Source: Bispira polyomma
Taxonomy: Eukaryota
Assembly (NCBI GenBank): GCA_965649765.1
Contig: OZ287759.1
Span: 28,892,001 to 28,956,000 of the forward strand
DNA length: 64,000 nt
Direction of reading: 5' to 3'
This document shows positions 1-13,000 of this stretch, piece after piece. Under the pieces are notes generated by a model. That model ran no database searches. It had not been told where the DNA came from and saw nothing but the letters and a program-made list of their open reading frames with translations. Each line of letters opens with the position of its first letter. Within the stretch, counting starts at the first letter, position 1. Made by a program: the position numbers and the translations under genes.

Positions 1-3000
1 TGTGTAACATTATGGTCGTGTGTTGGTCTACAACATCAAGGTCTTGTGTATGTATGCAAGGTAATGTCTTTGTGTCGGTTTACAACATCACGATCGTGTG
101 TTGGTTTACAACATCACGATCGTGTGTTGGTTTACAACATCACGATCGTGTGTTGGTTTACAACACCACGATCGTGTGTTGGTTTACAACATCATGGTAT
201 TGTGTATGTGTGCAAGGTAATGTCTTTGTGTCGGTTTACAACAACACGATCGTGTGTTGGTTTACAACATAATGGTCGTGTGTTGGTTACACCATCATGG
301 TATTGTGTATGTGTGCAAGATAATGTCTTTGTGTCGGTTTACAACAACACGATCGTGTGTTGGTTTACAACATCAAGGTCGTGTGTTGGTTTACAAAATC
401 ATGGTATTGTGTATGTGTGCAAGGTAATGTTTTTGTGTCAGTTTACGACAATATGGTATTGTGTATGTGTGCAAGGTAATGTCTTTGTTTCGGTTGACAA
501 CATCACGGTCATGTGTTGGTTTACAACATCATGGTATTGTGTATGTGTGTGCAAGGTAATGTTTTTGTGTCGGTTTACGACAATATGGTATTGTGTATGT
601 GTGCAAGGTAATGTCTTTGTTTCGGTTGACAACATCACGATCGTGTGTTGGTTTACAACATCATGGTCGTGTGTTGGTTTACAAAATCATGGTATTGTGT
701 ATGTGTGCAAAGTAATGTCTTTTTGTCAGTTTACAACATCAAGGTCTTGTGTATGTGTGCAAGGTAATGTCTTTGTGTCGATTTACAACAACACGATCGT
801 GTGTTGGTTTACAACATCGTGGTCGTGTGTTGGTTTACAACATCATAGTATTGTGTATGTGTGCAAGGTAATGTTTTTGTGTCGAAAACAAAATCATGAT
901 CGTGTTTTGGTTTACAACATCACGATCGTGTGTTGGTTTACAACATCACGATTGTGTGTTGGTTTACAACATCATGGTTGTGTGTTGGTTACACCGTCAT
1001 GGTATTGTGTATGTGTGCAAGGTAATGTCTTTGTGTCGGTTTACAACATCACGATCGTGTGTTGGTTTACAACATCATGGTCGTGTATTGGTTACACCAT
1101 CATGGTATTGTGTATGTGTGCAAGGTAATGTTTTTGTGTCGGTTTACAACATTATAGTATTGTGTAAGTGTGCTGCATTGAGAATTTTTATAAACATCAA
1201 TACATCGATAACCTTGCTTTGTTCTGTCTTCACTCTTTGTATTTTTGTAGGTTTGGTTTTTGTCCAAGTAGCTCAAGCGTGTTACTTGGCTGGATTGTCA
1301 ATTTTGTTAGGTTTGTAGATTAAGTGTGTAACTTAGCTGCATTGTGAATTTTTTATAAACATCAATGAATAAATAATCTTGGTTTGTTTTTCCCTTCATT
1401 GCTTGTATTTTTTGGTGGTTTGGTTTTGTCCAAGTAGCTCATGCATGTTACTTGGCTGGATTGTGAATCTTGTTAGGTTTTCCAGACTTGCGCAAGCGTG
1501 TTAGTTGGTCAGGATTTCCTAACTAGCTCAAGTGTGCTAGTCTGGGTAGGACTTCTAGTTAAAAACATTTGAAATGAATACGTGTACATTATTATATTAG
1601 TATGGTGTCTATCTATTTAGCACACTTTCTATACTTTTCTTATTGTTCTGTAGTCACTTAATTTAAAATGGTTCTGTTCAAAATCCTAGTCCTGGTCTTG
1701 TGTAGGTGTGCAAGGTAATGTCTTTGTGTTGGTTTACGACGTTATGGTATTGTCTAGGTGTGTAACATTATGGTCGTGTGTTGGTTTACAACATCATGAT
1801 CGTGTGTTGGTCTACAACATCATAGTCATGTGTCGGTTTACAACATTATGGTATTGTTTATGTGTGCAAGGTAATGTTTTTGTGTCGGTTTACAACATCA
1901 CGATCGTGTGTTGGTTTACAACATCATGGTCGTGTGTTGGTTTACAAAATCATGGTATTGTGTATGTGTGCAAGGTAATGTCTTTGTGTTGGTTTACAAC
2001 AACACGATCGTGTGTTGGTTTACAACACCACGATCGTGTGTTGGTTTACAACATCATGGTATTGTGTATGTGTGCAAGGTAATGTCTTTGTGTCGGTTTA
2101 CAACAACACGATCGTGTGTTGGTTTACAACATAATGGTCGTGTGTTGGTTACACCATCATGGTATTGTGTATGTGTGCAAGATAATGTCTTTGTGTCGGT
2201 TTACAACAACACGATCGTGTGTTGGTTTACAACATCAAGGTCGTGTGTTGGTTTACAAAATCATGGTATTGTGTATGTGTGCAAGGTAATGTTTTTGTGT
2301 CAGTTTACGACAATATGGTATTGTGTATGTGTGCAAGATAATGTTTTTGTGTCGGTTTACAACATCACGATCGTGTGTTGGTTTACAACATCATGGTCGT
2401 GTGTTGGTTTACAAAATCATGGTATTGTGTATGTGTGCAAGGTAATGTCTTTGTGTTGGTTTACAACAACACGATCGTGTGTTGGTTTACAACATCATGG
2501 TCGTGTGTTGGTTTACAACATCGAGGTCTTGTGTTGGTTTACAACATCGAGGTCTTGTGTATGTGTGCAAGGTAATGTTTTTGTGTCGGTTTACAACATC
2601 ACGATCGTGTGTTGGTTTACAAAATCATGGTATTGTGTATGTGTGCAAGGTAATGTTTTTGTGTCGGTTTACAACATCACGATCGTGTGTTGGTTTACAA
2701 AATCATGGTATTGTGTATGTGTGCAAGGTAATGTCCTTGTGTCAGTTTACAACAACACGATCGTGCGTCGGTTTACAACATTATGGTATTGTGTATGTGT
2801 GCAAGGTAATGTCTTTGTGTCGGTTTACAACATCACGATCGTGTGTTGGTTTACAACATCATGGTCGTGTGTTGGTTACACCATCATGGTATTGTGTTGG
2901 TTTACAACATTATAGTATTGTGTTGGTTTACAACATTATAGTATTGTGTAAGTGTGCTGCATTGAGAATTTTTATAAACATCAATACATCGATAACCTTG

Positions 3001-3720
3001 CTTTGTTCTGTCTTCACTCTTTGTATTTTTGTAGGTTTGGTTTTTGTCCAAGTAGCTCAAGCGTGTTACTTGGCTGGATTGTCAATTTTGTTAGGTTTGT
3101 AGATTAAGTGTGTAACTTAGCTGCATTGTGAATTTTTTATAAACATCAATGAATAAATAATCTTGGTTTGTTTTTTCCTTCATTGCTTGTATTTTTTGGT
3201 GGTTTGGTTTTGTCCAAGTAGCTCATGCATGTTACTTGGCTGAATTGTGAATTTTGTTAGGTTTTCCAGACTTGTGCAATCGTGCTAGTTGATCAGGATT
3301 TTCCAACTAGCTCAAGCGTGCTAGTTGGTCGGGATTTCCTCACTAGCTCAAGCGTGCTAGCCTGGGTAGGACTTCTAGTTAAAAACATTCAAAATGAATA
3401 TGTGTACATTATTATATTAGTGTGGTGTCTATGTATTTAGCACACTTTCTATACTTTTCTTATTGTTCTGTAGTCACTAAATTTAAAATGGTTTTGTTCA
3501 AAGTCCTAGTCCTGTGTAGGTGTGCAAGATGATGTCTTTGTGTTTTGGTTTACAACTTTATGGTCTTGCGTAGGTGAGCAACATTATATATTTGTGTTTG
3601 TTTACAACATCATGGTCAATTTTTATTGTTGACAACATCAGTGTCTTTGGTAGGTTTGCAACATTATGGTATTGTGTTGGTTTACAACATTAGGGTATTG
3701 TGTAGGTGTGTAACATGACG
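1..3720. repeat. 26-bp satellite array (monomer variants TGTGTTGGTTTACAACATCACGATCG / TGTGTATGTGTGCAAGGTAATGTCTT), interrupted by ~520-bp spacers
   Basis: Tandem 26-nt periodicity visible at ~1-1160, ~1700-2950 and ~3515-3720. It explains the repetitive Cys/Val-rich pseudo-ORFs of the ORF track. Confidence 0.95.
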
Positions 3721-4530
3721 TGAATTTAGTGTTCACCGAGAATGGCTGTGGTTTAAAAATTTCAAATTGAAATGCATTTTTTAAAATTATATACCTTGTT
3801 TCTGAAGCTTTTTTGCCCTTTGTTTGACAATTTAACACATAGTAGGATTGTATATTATTAATCCACACTTTTCTGTGTGTTGTTTCTATACTGTTGTTTA
3901 CATAGTACTATTTGCGGGTATTACTGGCAGTGGTTCTCTCTATAAGTATTCCCTATATGGGTTTTTGTACTCGTGTGTACTTGGCTGCATAGTGAATTTT
4001 TATAAACATCAATAAATAGATAACCTTGGTTTGTTCTATCTTCAATCTTTGTATTTTTATAGTTTTGGTTTTTGACCAAGTAGCTCAGGCGTGTTACTTG
4101 GCTGAATTGTCAATTTTGTTAGGTTTGTAGCTTTAGTGTGCAACTTGGCTACATTGTGAATTTTTGATAAACATCAATGAATAAATAATCTTGGTTTGTT
4201 TTGCCTTCATTGTTTGTGTTTTTATCCAAGTAGCTCATGCGTGTTACTTGGCTGGATTGTGAATTTTGTTAGGTTTTTCAGACTTGCTTATGCTTGGTAG
4301 TTAATCATGATTTTCAAACTAGCTCAAGCGTGCTAGTTGAACAGGATTTTCCAACTAGCTTAAGTATGCTAGCTTGGGTAGGACTTCCAGTTCAAAACAT
4401 TCAAAATAAAATGTGTACATTATTACATTAGTATGGTGTCTATATTTTTAGCACACTTTCTATACTTTTTTTATTGTTCTGTAGTCACTTCATTTAAAAT
4501 GTTATTGTTTGGAATCCTAGTCTGGGTTTG
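1163..4530. repeat. ~520-560 bp spacer unit in three copies (~1163-1700, ~2952-3515, ~3975-4530)
   Basis: Copies share ...GCTGCATTGAGAATTTTTATAAACATCAAT...CCAAGTAGCTCAAGCGTGTTACTTGG...TAGCACACTTTCTATAC...TCCTAGTC. Copies 1 and 2 are near-identical; copy 3 is more diverged. Confidence 0.9.
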
Positions 4531-5269
4531 TGTTAGTGTAGCACTCGATGTTAAAATTTAAACAGAGGTGTGAAACGAAACTAAGGTTCAGTTATCCCCT
4601 GAGTGAACAACTTGATTCCAGTTCTAAATATTCATAGATCCTTGCTACAAAACAAATATAATCACAAACTCCAATTACTAATACTTGATTACAAATACCA
4701 CCTAATACTGGTAGGTGATGGTGCCTTGAACCCCGGACCTATCAAGCTGGGCCAAGTAAAATGTTGCTTATTGCGTAACAAGGGTCCTTTGGTTGTCGAT
4801 TGTTGTCCAACCAATCTTGCGACATCCTTGTTCTCACTGAATCCCCCTGTTGGTCCGGGGAAGTAGAATAGGCCTAAGTTATCCTCCAGCATGTCGTAAG
4901 AGGCGACTACTTGGGGACAACCTATTTGCCGTGGGTTGCGATCCGTGTCAGTAGAAAAGAGGGTCTTGGTTGTTGAGCCAATACTTTGTTGTGGCATTGA
5001 AATGGCAATACACAGCTTTGGCCTCTGTTTTACTTAGTTGGAAGGTTAAGATGGCCTGGCTTAATCAATCGGCTGCTAGTGCCAAGCCATGGTGCTCCAA
5101 ACTAATGATAGCTTGTTGATTGTGAAGGTTTATACAGTTGTTTTTGTTAGTTGTATTCTGCTGGTGTCTGGTTTGTGCTTTTGTTTGGAGTATCTAGAAG
5201 GCTGGTTAACATGGCAATCAAGGGTTATTTTTTATGTTGTTTGATTATATTGCTAATGTATCTCTGGTA

Positions 5270-8200
5270 TCACTGTGCAGGGCTCATCTCCACATGAATA
5301 TGATATCCCCTTGTGGGGCTCGAAGGATGGGTGGAGAGCATTGGCAATGAATAATTACTAACCTACTATGGCTACTCAAAACTCTCTACTGACAGATAGG
5401 AAAAGATCTAGAACTGATATCGTGACTGCAAACTTGGACTCTGCTCAAATATGTTCATGACCACGTTTCTTGTTGATTAAAGGTACAGATGCTGAAACAC
5501 CCTTGTATAAACTGTCACCATTTGCTGTTAACAAGGCAATTGTTGCTATACTTGGTTCTGATCTCTTAAATATCAAGAAATTAAGGAATAAAAACATTTT
5601 GGTGGAAGTGAATAAGGAAATTCAACAGCAAAATTAAATCTGACTATGGACAATGCCATACCAATTGACGTATCGCCACATTACAGCTTCAAAACTAAGA
5701 AGGGGTCATTAGGTGCCCAGACATTAAAGATTGCTCTGATGAAGAAATACTGAAAGGCCTAGAAGCTGAGGGTGTTATCAAACTGGACAGGATTACTGTA
5801 TTTAGAGATGGACAAAGGAAACCAATAGGGACTTTTATCTTCACATTTCAAAGCCAGACCTGAATAAAATATATCAGAGTGGGTTACTACACAGTTGCTG
5901 TGGCACAATTTATTCCTAATCCTGTGAGATGCTATAAATGTCAGAAGTTTGGTCATACTAAATTTAACTGCAGGAAGAATAAAGTTTGCAATAAATGTGG
6001 ACAAAAAAATCATACTCTCAGTAATGCAAGTATGACACAAGATGTGTCAATTGCCAAGGAAACCATGCATCAAATGATAAAGCATGTTCAAAATGGAAAG
6101 AAGAAAAGGAAATTCAAAGAATAAAGGCAGAAAAGGAATTCCATATACAGAAGCCAAGAAACAAAATGAATATTCAATTCTGTGAAAATAACGTATGCCC
6201 AAGCAGCTGCTGCAACTAAACCCACAGTGAAAATAGTTAAAACGCAAACAGAAATGACTGAAGGCCAGAAAGTATGAAACAACCCAAAAAGTATGCAGTT
6301 GAAAAATAGACAACTAAAGTGAATAAAATCAGTTGATCAAGTCAGACAGTTCATCTTAAAATCATGAACGTATTAAAATGACAATAAGCCAAAGTATAGT
6401 AGCTTCGAACAGGCAACATAAGAGATCCAATGACCCTATTATACAGTTCAATAAATATGATGCTTTGGGTGATGGTGACAATGAAATGGTAGTGGATGAG
6501 TCCCCAATCGCACAAGGTCGCAGTGGAAATAGAAACTTTAGACCAAACTTGAAGAAATTCAAAATTTAATTTCCAATTTTAAACCATACATTTTAGCATT
6601 GCAGGAAACTCATTTTAAAGATACAGCTAATGTACATATTAGAGGATTTGACCATTATTTTAAAACATGTATGACAGAAGTAGATGGGAGAGCCACTGGT
6701 GGCTGCTCCATTTTTGTTAGAAATATATGCCCCATGAGATAATTGAATTAGATACAGAACTGCAAGCAGTTGCAGTATCTGCATAAAACTATAACTGTAT
6801 GTAATGAAATAGTACATTTGTTATAGCGCACTTACAGAACACAAACCATTTATCAACGTCCCCAAGGATCTTCAATCTGCCACTGGATATATTACTCAGT
6901 GACAGAGGACCACCATTGGAGGTAGTCATCCGAACCACCAGGCAAACATGTGTTCACATCTTGCCTAAAGATGTTATCCCACCAAACAAAACTTGCTGCC
7001 GGTACCGGGAATAGAACCACGGACCTTCTGATCATCAGAGCTACACCCTAACCACTAGACCACTGGGAATCAATAGGGAGATGTAATGTATATATTCCAT
7101 CACGTTTTCATATTGCACAAAGTGAACTTGAACATCCAGTCAATTAGTTACCTGCACCTTTTCTATTTATTGGAGATTTTAATGCACATAGTGATTTATG
7201 GGTTTGTTCCTCATCCGATAGTTTAGGCAATACGGTTGAACACCTTGAATTTTCTAATATTTGTTTACTTAATGATAAGTCACCTACATACTTTCATCCT
7301 GCAACTGGTTTATTCACCTCAATAGATTTGTCTTTATGTTCTACATCTATTTTTCTTGATTTTACATGGCAGGTCCGTTCTGATCAGTGTGGTAGTGACC
7401 ATTTTCCTTTTTTTTCATTGATATAGTTAAGAGTAGGGACAATGTTCCTCGTTAAAATCTGAAAAAGGCTGATTGGCCTAATTTCAAACTAAAGTGTTCC
7501 TTAGATTTTAATAGGCATTGTTTTACTGATATAACGGAAAAGTTTCCTGCTTTTTTAAAGAAATTAAATAAAATAGCCACAAATTGTGTGCCAAAATCAA
7601 CAGTGAATGCCAACTGTTAAAGCTCGTCAAAATGCAATGAATAAATGCCGTACAAATCCTACATCAGATAACATGAATATAAAAACTGTTCAGCAAATAC
7701 TTTTAAAGTAATAAAAGAAAAGAAAAGTAATAAAAGAAAATAAGAAGAAATCATGGTGTAAATATGTATCAAAACTAAATGTATATGTAAACAAGCGAAG
7801 TAGGTATGGGAATGATTAGGGAAATAAGTGGCAAACAAAGTAATACCACAATTAACCATCTGGAAAATATTGATGGGACAAAAATAACAGAAAGAGTACA
7901 CATAGCCCAGGAAATTAGCAAGAATTCCAGCAGCAACAATTACTCTACAAAGTTTCAAAAATATCAAGAAAAAGCTGAAAAAGAATACCTGGATTTTACA
8001 ACAGATAACAATGAAAATTACAACCTGCAATTTACCATTACAGAATTATGCAATGCTCTAAAGTCTCATGACACAGCAACTGGTCCAGATGAAATCTATT
8101 ACCAGCTCTAGAAACATCGATCAAGAGACTTACTGATGGTGTTACTGGATATATTTAAAGACATTTGGGCTTCAAGTGATATTCTTGAATTCTGGAAAGA

Positions 8201-9615
8201 AGCCACAGTTATACTTATTCCTAAATCAGGCAACGACTCAAAAAACCCGTCCAATTATCGACCCATATTTTTGACAAGCTGTTTATGCAAAACCATGGAA
8301 AGAATGATTAATACAAGATTAGTTTGTTTCCTTGAAAAAAAAAGTATTTAAACAAAATATCAAAGTTGGTTTAGAAAAGGTCAAACCACAAAAAAAAAAA
8401 AAACAATTAATAAGACTTGAACATTTTATTTAAGATTCTTTTTAAAAAGGCAATAATGTAGTCTGTATTTTTTGATTTAGAAGAAGCCTATGATACGGTA
8501 TTGAAGCATAGTGTTGCTAGAGATTTACATAAAGCAGGCTTAAGGGGGGCAAATGCCCATGTTTATTAAGAATTTCGAATCCAACAGATTTTTTAGAGTT
8601 TGTTTAGGTTTTGTCTATTCTGATGTACATGAACAAGAGATAGGTGTCCCTCAAGGCAGCATCCTCTTTGTTATTTTATTTATTTTAAAGATTAATAGTA
8701 TTGCTGACGTAATTCTATCTAGTTTTAAAAAGTCTCTTTTTGTTGATGATTTTTCTATCAGTTGTTCTTCTGGAAATATTGCTCCAATAGAAAGGCAACT
8801 TCAATTGTGTCTCAATAGGGTTGAAAAAAGTTTTTTGGTGTTATCTTTGACAGTAAACCTAATTTTAAAGCACCCATTAATTATGTCCATAATAAATGTG
8901 TGAAAGCCATAAACTTGCTTAAAGGAGTTTCCAAAATGGATTGGGGGGCAGATAGAAGTGTTTTAATGAGACCCTATCGTTCATTTGTTTGTTCTAGAAT
9001 GGTATATGGTTTTGCTGTATTTAGTTCTGCTTGTACGTCTTATCTTAAAAGATTTGAACCCATTCAAAACCAGGGCTTAAGAATATGCCTAGGATCCTTC
9101 AGGGCTTCTCTAATGCAAAGCTTGTGGAAGCAAATGAACCACCCCGGTATTTAAGGTTTGATAATTTATGTGTTCAATATGCTTTGAAGTTGAGAAGAAA
9201 TCCTGACAATCCAGCTTACCCTGTTGTTTCTAATCCTCAGTTGTATAATTTTTATGATAAGAAGCCTTCTCCAATAAGATCATTGAGCATCGTATAGAGA
9301 AAGATTTGTCTGTTGTCTGTCCTCAGCTGGATCTAATTCGAACTGTGTAAGTGTCAGATGACCCACCCTAGATTATACAGAAACCTCACATAGACTTCAA
9401 TCTCACACATAAAAAGAAATATCTTCATAATGATTGTCTTTTTCAAAGACTATTTGCTGAGTTGACAAACTGTTATTTTGATCATAAGGCTATATATACT
9501 GATGGATCAAAGACAGAAAATAGGGTTGCTGCAGCTGCTACATCTGATGGCTTCAGTGTCCAGGTCAGACTTCCTGGTAATGCTAGTATATTCACAGCTG
9601 AATTACAGGCTCTTA
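5270..9615 (+). mobile_element. Decayed I-group (Nimb-like) LINE: gag-like ORF1 and APE-RT-RNase H ORF2
   Basis: ORF1 from ATG ~5368 (PRFLLI, KLSPFAVNK, zinc knuckle CYKCQKFGHTKFNC at ~5930). APE remnants LQETH, GDFNAH, SDHFP; RT motifs GPDEI, NYRPI, GVPQGS, LFVDDF; RNase H YTDGS...SIFTAELQA. Many stops and frameshifts. The 3' end abuts the satellite. Confidence 0.9.
6807..7080 (-). mobile_element. tRNA-derived SINE (family B) inserted in the LINE endonuclease region
   Basis: Minus strand has box A-like TGGTCTAGTGG and box B-like GGTTCTATTCC. 8-bp TSD ATGTAATG at 6799-6806 and 7081-7088; removing the insert restores ITVCNVYIPS. Confidence 0.85.
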
Positions 9616-9619
9616 TTAT

Positions 9620-10035
9620 CATTATCTTGTGTTGGTTTACAACATCATGGTCTTGTGCAGGTGTGCAATGTTATATCCTTGTGTTGGTTTACAACATTAT
9701 GGTATTGTGTAGGTGTGTAACATCATTGACGTCTGTTGGTTTACAACATCGTGGTCTTGTGAAGGTGTGCAACATCATAGTCGTGTGTTGGTTTACCACA
9801 TTATTTTCCTGTGTGGGTGTGCAACATTATGGTATTGTGTTGGTTGACAACATTATTGTCTTGTGTTGGTTTATATCATCAGAGTCTTGTGTATGTGTGT
9901 AACATAATGGTAGTGTGGGTGTGTAACATCATGATCTTGTGTAGGTATGCAACATTATGGTATTGTGTAGGTGTGTAACATCATGGTTGTGTGATGGTGT
10001 ACAAAATGATTGTCTTGTGTACTTGTGCAACAGCA
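9620..10035. repeat. More diverged block of the same 26-bp satellite
   Basis: Same GTGTTGGTTTACAACATCATGG monomers; the block ends ~50 bp before the first detected NPL acceptor. Confidence 0.9.
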
Positions 10036-10086
10036 TATTTTCATTTCCCCTAAAAGCTGCCAACTCTAATGTTATTTTTGTTACAG

Positions 10087-13000
10087 TTCCACATTGAAGG
10101 CCTGGTTCCTGCCGTTTTTACACCAATGACAACAAATGGGTTAGTGAACTTCTACCTGTGTACGTAAAACTAATAACTTCAACATTTAGTTCAGGAATTT
10201 TTGGCACAAAATAAACAAGATTAGCATTAAAGCAATTACAAATTAAACTCAAAAATCGAATTAAATTTATACTGTAACATGTCTTTGTTTGCTTCGCACT
10301 AGTAATGAATTTCCTGCTTAGAATTTTTACTGCTGACGATTGTAAAAAAAAACCTTGCAAAAAGTCCTTATTTTTGTAGATATTTATCTTACTAGACGGT
10401 TTTTAGTATCAAGAGCATGTTAATGTGTACATTTTTCTGTACATTTTGGCTTTGTTGCCTTGTTTCACAACCAAGAAACCCTATTTAGCAAGTGTTTATT
10501 TATTATGTTGCTACATTTGCCTTGTTTTGTCTTGAGAGGTGGTCGTATGGCAATTAAAAAAATATGTTACTGGATTTTATTTGACTCCTGTTGATGTAGT
10601 TTTATTTTTTCATACCTAGGGAACTCAATCTGGACTTAATCCCTACATACAGCAAGTTCCTCAAAGAACAGGGTATCAAGAGCATCTTTGGTAAATATAT
10701 GTCTTATTACTGCAGTTTATTTGTCATACCTTCATATTGTTGATTGAAATATAACCTATAACATGTTTAGGAGCTACAAACGATTACACGTCTCTTTACC
10801 TGAATATACATTCATTGTGTTTATTAAGAAAATATTTCAAAAGTTATACATTAACACAAACTCAGAGAGTAGCAAATATATATATTTTTCGGTCAACTTG
10901 AATTAGCGCAGTGGTCCTATTTTTTGTCCTAAAAAAGTTCAGCAATTTATATTTGAACGGACTATAGCAGGGGTGAGAGGTATAATTATAAAATTTATTT
11001 AATTGAATTAAAGAGGTATGAAACGTTAGCTGGTTTTGCAACTAAAATAACGGTCATAGATCTACATACACATAGAAACGTTACAATGTAATGTATCATG
11101 TAAGATTCAGTTGCATCAAATTAGTAATTTAGCCCGGTTCACATGACACAAATATTTTCATGCAAACCTTGATGGTTAGCTAGACAGACAAACAACAAAC
11201 CAGCAGACATGGGTAAAACATTACAGCTCCTTTGTTGAAGGTTAAATGTCATGTTAACATATAGCCACAGTATACATTACTTACACACAACTCAAACCTT
11301 TGTTACAGTAAATGGAACCACGGGAGAAGGACCCAGTTTGACCATAGAGGAACGGAAACAGGTGACAGAAGCTTGGCTGGCCAACCACAAACACGGGTAG
11401 TTACAAAACACAGAGATTTAGTTTGTTTGTACTATATTTGATACAAATAAAGTTATTTGTACTTTATTTTGCCTTTGTAATGTGATTTATTGAGTTTTAT
11501 ATGCAGTGATTTTAAATGAAAATGATTGCCAATATAGACCCATAATGTAGTCATTCAGTATTAAAAGCGGTTGGTTAATTCATAATGACCACAATTACTT
11601 ATCTAATAGATATAGATGGAACAGGCTTGAAAATATGATTTTCACAATATTAATAAAAAATACTTTCCTTTTAGTATAAGAAATACTTATGGATTTTAGT
11701 GTGGCCTACTGTAGAACTATATTTTAGTTCTATTGAGTATAATACTCGGTCTAAGTCTGTAGATTTGTTTCAGTGGTAATTGGTGATGGTAACTTGGTAA
11801 CATGGATTAGTTACCTAGTGTTTTGGTGAAACAATAGTGTGATTGCAATATGATATAATTTGCGTGGATCCAGCCAGATAAATTATAAATCCTGGCGTTA
11901 TCAGCTGGCCTTTTAAGTTTGTTAGACACATCTTATAATAGATAGAGGGTCTCACTGCTCAGATTGGTTGCTTCCTCTGGTAATTAAGTTTTACAGAAAA
12001 CATAATACACATCCACATATATACATTTATTTGCTAGTTGTTGTAGTCAGGATATGCCAGAAGCGAAACATATCCATTGTCAGTCTCCCATGGCCAAGTA
12101 GTTATGGCCTTGCTTTGGTGATGAGAAGGCAGGGAGTTTGAGAACATCTTTCTCAGAAAGTGTATGTATGTTGAGTTGGTTTCAAACTTTGTATCCCGGG
12201 GATCGTGGGCAAAACCGCGACAGTGGACAAACCATTTTGTTTAAAATGTGAGGATCGATAGGTTAAACTTAATCAGATGTTCTATAACATTTTAGGACTC
12301 TGAGTTATCATTTATAATTGAGTCATAGTGCTCTTTCTTTGCTTTGGTCATAAGTATATTAAAATAGTTTGTGGCAATTCTATATAGTGTATTTACTATT
12401 ATATAGGACGTACACCAACTGTAGTACTATTATTATTACCTTTCAGATTAGAACATGTTATCGTACATATTGGTGGTGCAAACCTAAAGGAGTCACAACA
12501 ATTGGTAACTATATTATTAATTTGATAAAAAAGTCAACAGGGGAGTACAGTTTTAAAGCATATAGTTTTGTTCATAATTATTCACTGTTGCTCATGGGAC
12601 AAGCGAGAAAGTATTAATTTTATCAGTGTTTTGGTCAACTTAATGTGAAACATTGGGAATTTCGGTTATTAACAATATAATAAAGTATTTCATATTTTAA
12701 ATTTGACTTGGGCAGGGATGAAATACATTTAAATTTATTAAATAAGAAAAATCACTATATTAAACTATAATGATTAAATCAATGGGATGGTGGCAATGCA
12801 CAAATTCATTGACCAGAACCCACTAGTTTTTCTTGGTTGGCTAATTGGGTTAATTTTGAGTCATTTTTGTAAAATAAATTTGTTTTTGCCATGCTGTAGA
12901 GGTCAAGGCTGATGCTATAGTGTTAATGCCTCATACAATTTTTATATTACCTGTTGTTTAAGGCTTGCCATGCTGCAGATGTCAAGGCTGATGCTATAGG

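Noticed and set aside
12-3102. Long Cys/Val-rich ORFs (up to 360 aa)
   Set aside because: Translations of the 26-bp satellite, open in several overlapping frames, with no domain signature.
1-3720. CRISPR-like appearance of palindromic short repeats
   Set aside because: No unique spacers, no cas genes, and a eukaryotic intron-exon context.
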